NCBI GenBank assembly: GCA_000004985.1
Contig: GG738860.1
Direction: 5' to 3' (one strand)
DNA from: Naegleria gruberi
Taxonomy: Eukaryota
DNA: 64,000 nt
Shown here in pieces: positions 51,877 through 62,436 of the stretch. Under the pieces are notes generated by a model. That model was not told the origin of the DNA, did no database searches, and saw only the letters and a program-made list of their open reading frames with translations. Made by a program: the position numbers and the translations under genes. Positions within the stretch are counted from its first letter, which is position 1, and each line of letters opens with the position of its first letter.

Positions 51877-53456
51877 ATGACAGTTGGCACCTCGGTACTG
51901 TCAACACAAAGCTACTTGACAGAGTGTGATCAATTTTCGATATTCAACTTGCTATCTTCAACAGCAGAAAACAATTCAACAACAAATTCAACTCTAAGAG
52001 ATGAACTGCCATCATTTATTTCAAATGTCAGTTCTCTGTCAAACTCTGCTTTGTTTCTAATGTCATTTTCCATCTTTTTAATAACAGTTGGATATTTATT
52101 CTTTGTGAAAGGAAGAAAAACATTGATTAAGAGAAATCAACAAATTTTAATTGGATTAGTGACAGCTTTTGTCTTTATTCAAATGATTGCTTTGATATTT
52201 CGTGTCATTTACAATGGAATATCATTGAATTATAATTTACATCCGGAAATCCAAGTGGAAATTGATGGATTATTCATTTTTACACAAATATGTGCCATGT
52301 TAGAAACTGCAATTGTTGAAATTCAGTCCATTACAATATTTGTATTGATGGGTTTTATTATGAATGTGTTGTAAGTATATAAATATATATATAATTGGAT
52401 AAATATTTACATTTTTATTAAAAAATTATTGTTTAATATATTTAAATACTTTACAATAATATATTTAATATTTAAAAATATTATAATAGTTTACAAACGG
52501 TTCATCATGCAGGAAGTATGTCGAAAAAACAATTTACCATCATGAAACTCCTCTCCAATCTCCTCACACTTGCCAGTTCTCTCATCACTCTCATTCTTGT
52601 CATTATGATTGCTGTCACAAATTTTCTTGTAAAAATTCATGCAGCTCAATTCAATCAGACAGTTCTCTATGTTTTGACATTGGTTGTGTTTATAATAGAA
52701 GTGACGATTCAGACTATTCTGTATATTTATTTTGGAGTGAGGGTTTTGAGAACAATTAAGAAACGTTCATTGAAATTGAAACAAGAATCGAATAGAAATG
52801 CATTTGTGAATTCTATACAGAAACCATTGACCAAAACGTTTGTCTTGTTGATTTCGATGGGTATTTCGACGGTTTTACAAGTTTTGGCTGCTATTGCTTC
52901 AGTGTTGGCTTCGTCTTTCAGTTCTGACTCAAATGTGGTTTCGTATTTTTTGAATTCATTTGGAATTTTACTATTCGCAGGATGTGTTGTGTTAATGTAC
53001 AATCCACTCCTCTCAGATGAATATAATAACATTGATTTGTATGAAGCTAAAGAAAGAGAGAGACAATTATTATTGAACGAAACTTCATCGATGGGATCTG
53101 AATTGAGTAGTCCAAGACAATCATTCTTTACCAACTCACCACGAAATCATAGGAGAACTAGTCAACAATTTCCATATGAACATTCGAATGCCATTAGTAG
53201 AATTGTGAGTGATAGTTCAATGACAAGCTCAGCAACAATTACTCCAACCACAAGCTCAGTAAATCTTCCACAACAAGAAGAATCGGCAACAACAATGAAT
53301 GATCAATCAGCAATTGAGGAAAATAGAAAATCCATTGTGGTTAGTCTAGTCAATTTGAAAGATTTAGTTACATCGCCACCAGAAGAAGTTCAAACACTAC
53401 CAAGTGTCACTTCACCATCCACAACCATTGAAAGTTGTGAAAATCAACAATTTTAA
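51877..53456 (+). CDS. Seven-transmembrane (GPCR-like) protein with a Ser/Thr-rich C-terminal tail. Exons: 51877..52370 and 52517..53456.
   Basis: Track ORFs 51877..52374 and 52518..53456 are joined by a 146-nt, very AT-rich intron (GTAAGT at 52371, AG at 52515-52516) in phase 2 (…IMNV-F-MSKKQ…). Three TM helices in exon 1 and four in exon 2. Confidence 0.55.
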
Positions 53457-53542
53457 TTTCACGCACATAGTAAGATATAATTAATCCATACTAGTATTCT
53501 AATGAATTTATTTTTCAATTAAAATAAAAGAAAATAAACTGC

Positions 53543-55142
53543 TTAATGATCCCACCACAAAATTCCTCTGTGCTTTTCATTTCTCTTCAAAGCAACACAA
53601 TGTTGCAAATTATGATACAAAGCTCCAAAGAAACTCTTTGAAGTTTCATCCTTATGATAAACTCCGAGTTTAGTTCTAATAGCTCTAGTAGCTTCTTCAG
53701 CATGATAGAATGGAATCTTTGAGAAAATGTGATGACAAACATGAGTGTCAGTAATGTGATGGAGTTTAGAATCCAAGAATGAACCAAATGAACGATCTAC
53801 AGTACAAATAGCACCCTTCAACCAATTCCATTCACCTTCATCCAAATGAGGAATGTCATCATGAACGTGTTGTAAGAAAGTAAGAGTAGTAAGGAAGAAG
53901 AATTGGACTAAAAGTGGTAAAACATAAGTAGTGACCATAACTTGCCATCCAAAAACTTGGAATAATTGATAAACAATGTATAACATGGCAATAACACCAA
54001 AATTGGACAAGTGAATCTTGAAAAATTCACTCTTATTGAAAATTGGTGAAGATGGTAAAAAGTGGGAAGTGAAACTGATTGGGGACTTTTTAGAAACTTG
54101 CTTGTAATCAGAATATTCATTTTCAGCATCATGTTCTCCATTGTCATTAATCATTGCTGGTTCATAACGAATACCCTTAGCATAGTAAGCATAGAAATTT
54201 TCCTTAATTGGTCCAGAAATATTGACCAACAAGTGAAGTGGCCAACCAATAGTAGCCATGACAATCATATCAACAACTGCAGAAAAGGCTGATTCAGATT
54301 TTGGTTTCATTTGAACATTCTTAGTTTCTTCTGGCTTTTCAGCTGGATTATGGGAAGGAACTGGTTGAATGTTTTGTGGAACCCAAGTTTGATCTCTGGT
54401 CATGTGATTAGTATTGGCATGGTGAATGGCGTGTGATTTCTAATAACAGTACATAGTATTCAAAAGAATTAAGTTTTAACACATTCACAGTTTCAAAACA
54501 AACTTACTTGCCAAGCAAAGTATGGAACCAACAAGGCACTTCCAATAAGATAACCAACAATATCACAAACAAGTGGACTATCAGCAAAGGCATAGTGACC
54601 ACATTCGTGCTATTTAAATTCCACACACAAGTTATATTAATAATTTTCACAAATTCGTTCGGTCCGAAGAATTCACACGTACACAATAAAATTCAAAGAA
54701 GGTAAATTGTGTGAAAAGGGTAAAATTAACTTACTTGAAGAACCCACAAACCAGTAAAAGTAACACCTTCAATGAAAACATAACTACAGAATAGAATACT
54801 TTGCAACAAGTAATAAATTGGACTCAAAACCAACAAACTTGGATTAGAAAACCACCAACTTTCCAACAAGTTTGAAAAGTAATAATAGGCAACAGTGTAA
54901 GCAACCAATTGAACCAAGTCAGAAATAACATGAAGCATACTAGTCATGACTGGTCTTTGGAAACAATGTTTTGGAATGGCCTCTTTCAAATCACGAAGTG
55001 TGAACGGAATGGCATCACCATGATAGAGTGATGAGAGAGTTTCATACTTTTCAACACCATTGGTTGATGAGGCAACTTGTTGTGCACTCGATGCAGATGC
55101 AGCTGACATTTTTTTCTTCAAGTAATCTTTGCAGTTTTGCAT
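53543..55142 (-). CDS. Delta-12 (FAD2-type) fatty-acid desaturase. Exons: 55142..54735, 54609..54508 and 54439..53543.
   Basis: Exon 1 ends …VTFTGLWVLQ|GTAAGT. Exon 2: HECGHYAFADSPLVCDIVGYLIGSALLVPYFAWQ|GTAAGT (His box 1). Exon 3: KSHAIHHANTNHMTRD… (His box 2 HAIHH) … HITDTHVCHH (His box 3). Introns are 125 and 68 nt. An alternative start Met is at 55109. Confidence 0.75.
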
Positions 55143-55434
55143 TCCATCCGCAATTATTATTCAATCATCTTCATAGTCACCTCATTCCCCCAAACACAAA
55201 CTCCCCAGAATGATTGAATGCTTCTTCTTTGAGGTTAATACGTGTTGTACAACAACGGACGGTAGAAAATTCAAAGAGTCGGGATTTTCCAACACGGCAC
55301 TCCCATTAGCTCCGAATTTAGTCATTTTATTCTTCCATGTGTACAATTCGCAAATGCATGTGTGTGGACAACGAAAACAAGCTTGTTTCATTACATCTTG
55401 TTTTGGAAAATAAACACACAGACTATGGGAAGAT

Positions 55435-57987
55435 TCATCTTCTGTTCGTTTCAATGTTGTTGTTGGAATTTGAATTGTTCATCATCATCATGGCTTGTTG
55501 CTGTTGTTGAAATCGATTGCTGCTGGCTAAACTTCGAACAGGACTATGAGCATGTCCCAAACTCATTGTTCTCTGGAGTTGTTGGAGTCGTTCAAAATTT
55601 CTCCTCAATTCCATTTCCTTCTTTTGCTCCTCTGTTAATTCAATATGCCATGGTCGAATGATACAAATAATGATTGAAATCATTAGACAAATAACTAACA
55701 AGACAAAAAGTAAGGAACTTCCAAGTGTTGCTGAAATGATAATAATGTCATTCAAGGAAGGAACAATGTAAATTTGATTACAATCCTCTGATTGACATCT
55801 TAAACCTACCGCTCTGACAGTAGCAGTGACATTGAGGGTCAATGAAGAGGAGGAGAATAGTTTAGAGTAGGCGCTTTGAGAAATACCTACTGCAAACTTG
55901 GTATCCTGAATCGTTTCATAATTTGCTTTCTTCATGGTGCTGTCAGCTTCGAGAGAGCAAACTTCCAATTCTGCTGTGGTTGGTTCAACAATGGAGGCAT
56001 GATAGGTCCACAATGGTTGTCCAGTAGTTTGAGAGAAGGTTGGGTTGGTTAACCTGAGAATTAATCTGTACATTGTGTTTGTTTTGATTTCGTTGCAGAT
56101 TTTTCTGTCAGTTTCCAATTCTGACTTTCTCGTAGCAGTCATAAGATCACCTGGGAGATTAGGATAAATTTGAATTCTGACTGGCTTTCCAACACCAAAT
56201 TGAGATACTTGTGCTTGGAGGTAGTATTTTCCATCGGTAGACATGAGCCACAACTCGAAACTATTTCCCATAGATAAATCATCGAGAATGAAATCTGCAA
56301 ATGCCACCACATCACTAATGATATTATCTTCAATGCTTAGTAGGGAACGTCTTTCATTGGATGTTGTAGAGTTGAAGGTTGAAACTGCCTTCAAGCATGT
56401 TCCTTGAGCATTATTCACAATGGAAAGGAGAGGAGCACCTGTTGTGAGTGGAATTTTAGTATCGTAGGGAATCATTTTTGAATAGACATCATTCATCGAT
56501 TGGAATTGATTCAAAAATTTGGATCGAACATTTCTGTTTGACAGTGGTGAAATGAATTTCAAGGCAATTTTCTCCTCCTCAATTGAACAATCCATTCGAT
56601 TGTATCCATAATTGAAAGCAACACATTTATATCCCTCACTGCATGATGAAGAAGGATTAAACCTAGAATGTTGAACCAATGTTGCACAATTAGTGGAATA
56701 TGAAACTCCAATCAAGTGGCCGAACAAATCCTTTCCCTTCATCTTGATATTAATGGAGGAGAGTTCAGGATTGTATTCCTTATTTTCTATCGAGGTGATT
56801 TTTGGAGAAATTCGTCTTATAACATGTCCGTTAAAGGATTTCTTCTTTGAGACTATTGAAAACTGTTCAGATTTTGGAATGATAATCATTTGATCATTTC
56901 CAAAAAGAAATGAATCTTCTAGAGTATCATAATGTTCAACAATTTCAATAGAGCTTGTCTTTCCAATTTCAACCCAAGAATCAGGTAATATTGAATAAAT
57001 CACCATAACTCCTTCTCTCTTGTGTGTTAAGATTACTCTTGTTTCAGAGTTTGGACCATTGAATAAGGTGAATTCATTGCAATCAATAAGAGGATAGAAA
57101 GTTTCCTTTTCAATTTTAAAAGAATCTTGATTAATTGAAATTTCCACAATTTTCAATTTCTCATCCTCTCTAACCATGCATTCCACATTGTTTCTTCTCG
57201 TTTTGAATGTGCAAGATAAATCCTTCATTGATCTCAAATCTTTCATGAGCAAACTTCCATGATTAAGTATTATATTGGAATTCAAAGAAATAGTAGATAA
57301 TATTATCCTCTCTTCCGCATCCAATTCAATAAGGTAGACTCTCTGAGTTGACTTTGAATGGAAAATGTTGATGAATTTACTCTCAAAACTTGAGGGAGTA
57401 ATAATCATATTGAGGATACTTTTCGAATTTGCCTCTAGTGAATATTTGCTGATTAGATACACTCCTTTACTCTCCACTAGTTGATATAGCTCATCATCTT
57501 GACTCAAATAGGATGCAATTACAATAGGGGATTCGACAACTATTTCATCACTTTCCCTACTACTTGTTTTGGTGGCAACACTCGAGGAGTGAATAATAGA
57601 GTTGGAATTATCCTCCACTACATGTAATTTGGTATTATCTAGATATAACATGTAACGATCTGTTAATTTCGAAAGAGTCCTGATGGAGCAATTTTCAAGT
57701 AATGTACAATTAGTGTGCTCGCAATAAGGACCATAATATCCTTCCCTACACTCACATAGGGAACTCTGTTCATTAGTTTGGAGTAATGAAGATGGTTGAA
57801 AACCCCTTCTTCCAAGAAAACATTTATATTGCAGCTGTTGCTGATGTCCCGATGCTGCTACCTTAATATTATTACTTAACAGTTGAACAATTACTACCAC
57901 CAATATACACAACAGTACCAAACATAAAGACACCCTCGGCCTAGAAATACCATTACAACTACTCTTGTTGTGGGAGGTTTTCATCAT
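55435..57987 (-). CDS. Type I membrane glycoprotein with an EGF-like module, a large extracellular region, a single TM and a short cytoplasmic tail.
   Basis: Signal/anchor LCLVLLCILVVVIVQLL. EGF-like CECREGYYGPYCEHTNC. TM IIISATLGSSLLFVLLVICLMISIIICII near the C-terminus. Real ATG (MM). Confidence 0.5.
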   Translation of the reverse strand: MMKTSHNKSSCNGISRPRVSLCLVLLCILVVVIVQLLSNNIKVAASGHQQQLQYKCFLGRRGFQPSSLLQTNEQSSLCECREGYYGPYCEHTNCTLLENCSIRTLSKLTDRYMLYLDNTKLHVVEDNSNSIIHSSSVATKTSSRESDEIVVESPIVIASYLSQDDELYQLVESKGVYLISKYSLEANSKSILNMIITPSSFESKFINIFHSKSTQRVYLIELDAEERIILSTISLNSNIILNHGSLLMKDLRSMKDLSCTFKTRRNNVECMVREDEKLKIVEISINQDSFKIEKETFYPLIDCNEFTLFNGPNSETRVILTHKREGVMVIYSILPDSWVEIGKTSSIEIVEHYDTLEDSFLFGNDQMIIIPKSEQFSIVSKKKSFNGHVIRRISPKITSIENKEYNPELSSINIKMKGKDLFGHLIGVSYSTNCATLVQHSRFNPSSSCSEGYKCVAFNYGYNRMDCSIEEEKIALKFISPLSNRNVRSKFLNQFQSMNDVYSKMIPYDTKIPLTTGAPLLSIVNNAQGTCLKAVSTFNSTTSNERRSLLSIEDNIISDVVAFADFILDDLSMGNSFELWLMSTDGKYYLQAQVSQFGVGKPVRIQIYPNLPGDLMTATRKSELETDRKICNEIKTNTMYRLILRLTNPTFSQTTGQPLWTYHASIVEPTTAELEVCSLEADSTMKKANYETIQDTKFAVGISQSAYSKLFSSSSLTLNVTATVRAVGLRCQSEDCNQIYIVPSLNDIIIISATLGSSLLFVLLVICLMISIIICIIRPWHIELTEEQKKEMELRRNFERLQQLQRTMSLGHAHSPVRSLASSNRFQQQQQAMMMMNNSNSNNNIETNRR

Positions 57988-58037
57988 TTCTTTTGTTTTT
58001 TTGTTGTATTAATACTGTAAAGGTCGTAGCTTGTTTA

Positions 58038-61000
58038 TTATTCGGAAGGAACTGTATTTTTCATAGCAGAATTGTTGTTAGAACCATTGAATGGTGTAGA
58101 ATGAGATTGTTGAGGAGGATTTGAATTAGAAAGACCTCCAAGATTCATATTGGAAATGTTACCATTATTTCCCATAATTGGATTCCATGAGAAAGATCCA
58201 TAACCTTGGAATAAGGACCAAGATGCATTTGAAGCTTGTTGTTGAGGAGCTTGTTGAATGGTGTTAGTCATTGGGAATGAACTGGTACCACCAAATAAAT
58301 TAAAGCCTGGATAGAGGCCATTACCCATTCCTAAATTGTTTGTTGGGTTGTATTGTGGCATCATATTTGGATTGCCATATTGCATGCCCATATCAAAAGG
58401 ATTGTAAATGAGAGAATTTGCTCTTGGAGAATTGCCATTACCGTTAGATGGTGATAAATTATTCTTGGCAATATTTCCAAATGATGACGAATCAAATAGA
58501 GTATTGGATCCGCCAAACAATGAATGTTGATTTTGGAATGGTTGTGGATTTGGTAAGGCGTTTGAACCACTTCCAACACTATTTGGTGATGATGTGCTAG
58601 CTCCACCAGTGGTAGACGGAGTGGTAGAACGCTTAAGTCCTGAAAGCATTAAATATTCATCCTCATTCAAAAGTTCTCCAACAACACTTGAAACAGTGCT
58701 ATTACCACTTGGTGTTTGATTAACAAATGGATGCATTGGTGACTCCAAACTTGTACTAGTATTATTGCTACTAACACTGCTACTACTCTGTTGTCTCGAG
58801 TGCTTGGTAATCTTACTATTAGCTCCGTTGACAGCACTCGGAAGAAGAATAAATCCTCCTTGTTGTTGAGTTTGTACTGGTTGTGGTTGTTGAGTTTGTT
58901 GTTGAGTTTGTGGTAATGGTTGTAAAGTAGGAACTGGAACTGGGAGAGGTGTTCCAGTAGTGTTACCATTTGAAGAAATAATTGTTGTAGAACTTGTTGC
59001 AGTCTTTACGTGTTGACTATGGAATTGATGACTTGCTTGATGCTTCTCATTACTAGTAGGCGTGTTCTTTGAAGGTTGATTATTGTTAGAAATAGAATAA
59101 TAGGATGATAGTTTCTGAGGAGTGTTACCACCAGTAATATTGCTTGTGGTTACCTTTTGAGGAGTGCTACTTGTTGATACTGGAGTTGTTACCTTGGAAG
59201 GAGTACCTGGTGTAGCAGTAGTAGTGTTAGAATTACTAGTGCTAGCTGGTCTAAGGGATTGGGTTGTCATTGTATGAGGACCACCTCTGCCACCCCTAAC
59301 AGATGAGCCACCTCTGCCTCTGTTAGAATAGGTGCTATAGGTTGTTCCTCTTGGTGTTGTTGTGCCAGACACAGATCCGGCAACAGCTTTTGGTTGTTTT
59401 GGCTTTTTAGTAACAACATTCCAATCTTGAACAGCTCCTCTATTCTCAAAATCATCATCGTAATCATAGTCCAATGAATCATAATAATCATCCTCTTCTT
59501 GTTCTTCAGTATTGAGATAATCTTGTTCATAATTTTCATCAGCAGAATCATAATCATTATTTGTACTACCGATACTTTGGTTTGGTGAAGCAACATCTTC
59601 GGAAGGTTTAGCCTTAGGTAATTCAGTAGGCTTTTCTGGAGTCTTGTTTTGATTGGAATTTGATTTCTTAACTGGAGTTGCAAGCTTTTCTTCCTTCTTC
59701 TTATCCTTATTCTTTTTAGATGATTTCTTATTATTCTTAGAATTCTTGGATGTGGTTGCTTTCATTTCTGATTCTCTTTCAAATTCTTCGAGGAGACATT
59801 TTTGCATTTCCGAGGCACATAAATCATTATATGCTACTCTAATATTATGTGAAAACAATCTGGCAAGATAAATTTGGAATAATAACTTGCTTTCTCTCAT
59901 ATTAGATGCTAGAATTTCATTCTTTTCGTCTTGCTCTTTTTGATTATCCCCTTCTTTTTGATGTCCATGTCGTTTATCTCTAGAAATTCTTCTCTTTGAA
60001 TAATATTGGTCATCATGATCGAAAGATCTATTCTTTAAACGCATTTCTGAATGATTAGTAGAACCCTTATCATTAGAAATTTCCTCATCTGTATCTGATT
60101 GTGAATATTCATCTAATGTTTCCTCGTCATCTGTTTCACTCTCGAGATCTTCTTCGTCACCTTCTTCATCGTCCTCCTCTTCTTCCTCTTCCTCTTCGTT
60201 TTCCTCATCAATAGCTTCTTCATCATCCTCCTCCTCCTCTTCATCATCGTCATCTTCTTCATGTTGCAAGTTATTGAGAACAACAGTGGCATTTGTATTC
60301 GATTCACCACCTCTAATAAGATCCTTAACATTTCCTAAATGTACCATAGCAATAGAACCATTTACAACTTTCATATTTTGAGAAGATCCTGATCCTGTTG
60401 ATGTCATATCAATGCTACCACTCACAACAAGAGCTGCTGTTGAAGAGGTTTGAGAAGATGATGAATGAACCACAACGGATGATTTTTGACTGGTATGTGT
60501 TTGAATAGTTGATGATGTTGCTGTTATTGTTACAGAGGGTGGAACTTGTACTTGCAAATGGGAAGTGGAAAGGGATGAATTTTGGGAATTAGTTGGAGTT
60601 GTTATTTTGCTACTCTGCTTTGCATTATCCGTAACCATTTGTACATTTACATTATTCAAAACTGTGCCATTAGAACCAAGTGTTAATGTTGCTGTAGCAC
60701 CACCTTGCTGTTGTTGGAATAAATTCAAAATTTGACTAGTCATTACGTTTGAGTTAGTAGGATTCGTCTGGTTTTGTGTTTGTGGTGATGTAAGGCTATG
60801 ATGATGATTATTGTTATTATGATTATTTGATGAAAAAGCTTTCTTTGCATTCTTCAAGAGTATTTTCTTGATATTAACTTCGCTATTGGCTGTACAATAA
60901 TTTATGAGAGTGTGAATATTCTCTGGCACTGGAAATTCATTCGGTCCTAACTTTAAATCATTTGGAAAAGCTTCTTCACACTTTTGTATTACTTTCAAAA

Positions 61001-61954
61001 AGTGCTCACAATTATCTCTTCTAACATAGTCATCAATTACCGTAATCTTTCCGTTTTTCACAGTCAAATACCTTCCAAAAGGTAATGGTACTTCATTTTG
61101 TGGTGAAGTAGAATCGCTAGTAGCTATAGTTGTTTGACTTGTTTCACTTGTAGTTGTACTACCTGTAGAGTTTGTATTATTGTTATTTGCCTCGTCTTCA
61201 ATCAAGAATTGTGTTTTTTCGGATATTTTGGAAAGCTGTTTACTAACAAGAACATGATCATTTTCACTGAGTGTTGTTGTAGCCTGTTGAGTATTGTTAG
61301 TAGGAACAGGTTGTTGTTGCTCTGCTGTTGTAGTTGTTGTTGTACTATTATTGGTAGTACAATCAGAGGAGATTGCGAGTGGTTGTTGTTGTTGTTGGGT
61401 TGGAGTAGTGTTTTTAACTTAGAGTGTTGAAATGATGCGGTTTTCCTTCTAACTCATTCACATAATCTTCAAAAACTAATTAAAATTGAATAAATATATA
61501 CTTCTTCAATATTATTAAACATACCTGCAATCACTGCATTGAAAATAGCCTTCTTTTTTCTACAGGCAGGGCATAAACACGAGGAAGGTTTACTCAAAAA
61601 AGCTGGTTTATCACCTTCTTTTGTAGTGTAAGGTGATGAACAACGAATTTGGTCAAGAACAAATTTACAATCCATTTGCAATAATTGGAGCTTCTTTTTA
61701 ATTGGAGCTTCCAACCAAAAATCTTGAAGGGTGTGTGGTATCACACCTTGTCTTTTTGACTTTTTAGATAAACCCTTAGGTTTATGATCATCACACAAAA
61801 AACATGAATCCAAATTTACAGGTTGTGTAAAAATATTTCTCACATTTGTAATATTTTGATTCGAAGCAGCAGCAACCACCGAAGATGATGAGGAACCATG
61901 ATGTCCCGAGGTGGTTGAAGTAGACTGCTTTTTACTTTTCTTCTTGTTCGCCAT
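58038..61954 (-). CDS. Large (about 1,270 aa) intrinsically disordered protein with S/T/N/Q-rich, acidic (D/E) and basic KKSSKKNK blocks. A Cys-containing N-terminal exon is present. Exons: 61954..61525 and 61417..58038.
   Basis: Track ORF 61469..61954 ends …AVIA G|GTATGT (phase 1). A 107-nt intron runs to AG at 61418-61419. The downstream frame is open from 61418 and has no ATG before the track's TTG start at 61205. The N-terminal exon carries CFLCDDHKPK…CLCPACRKKK. Confidence 0.5.
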
Positions 61955-62436
61955 TTTTTTTTGAACAATTTAGCGCCATTATCAATTTTAATGTAGTGAA
62001 AAAATATCAGTGTTTTGTCTCAGATTTCCGAAGAGAGAAATTCTTCTGCAGAAGAATATTTGAATATTAAATCAATCACTCTAACTTACAATATTGATTG
62101 GAATGTCCATCACTTATCATTTGAAAATTAATATTCTTCTTAATTATTTGATTGAAAATGAGATGGCCATTCCGAAAATCAATTAATCAAGTTGTTGGTT
62201 GTTGGCCAATAATCATTAATATGTGTGGATGTTTTAAAGTGGCTGGGTGATTGGGCCAGACGATTCGAAACGCTCACTAAAGATGACCAAAACAAGAAGT
62301 GAAAGTTTATTGATGAGAGAACTAAAAAATTGACTGAATTATTACTTTGCCTATTCACAAAGTTGTTGTATTTGCCAACATTAACTTTAGAATAAAGGAA
62401 GAATACGAAGTCAATAGAATAATAATCAATAGTGGA

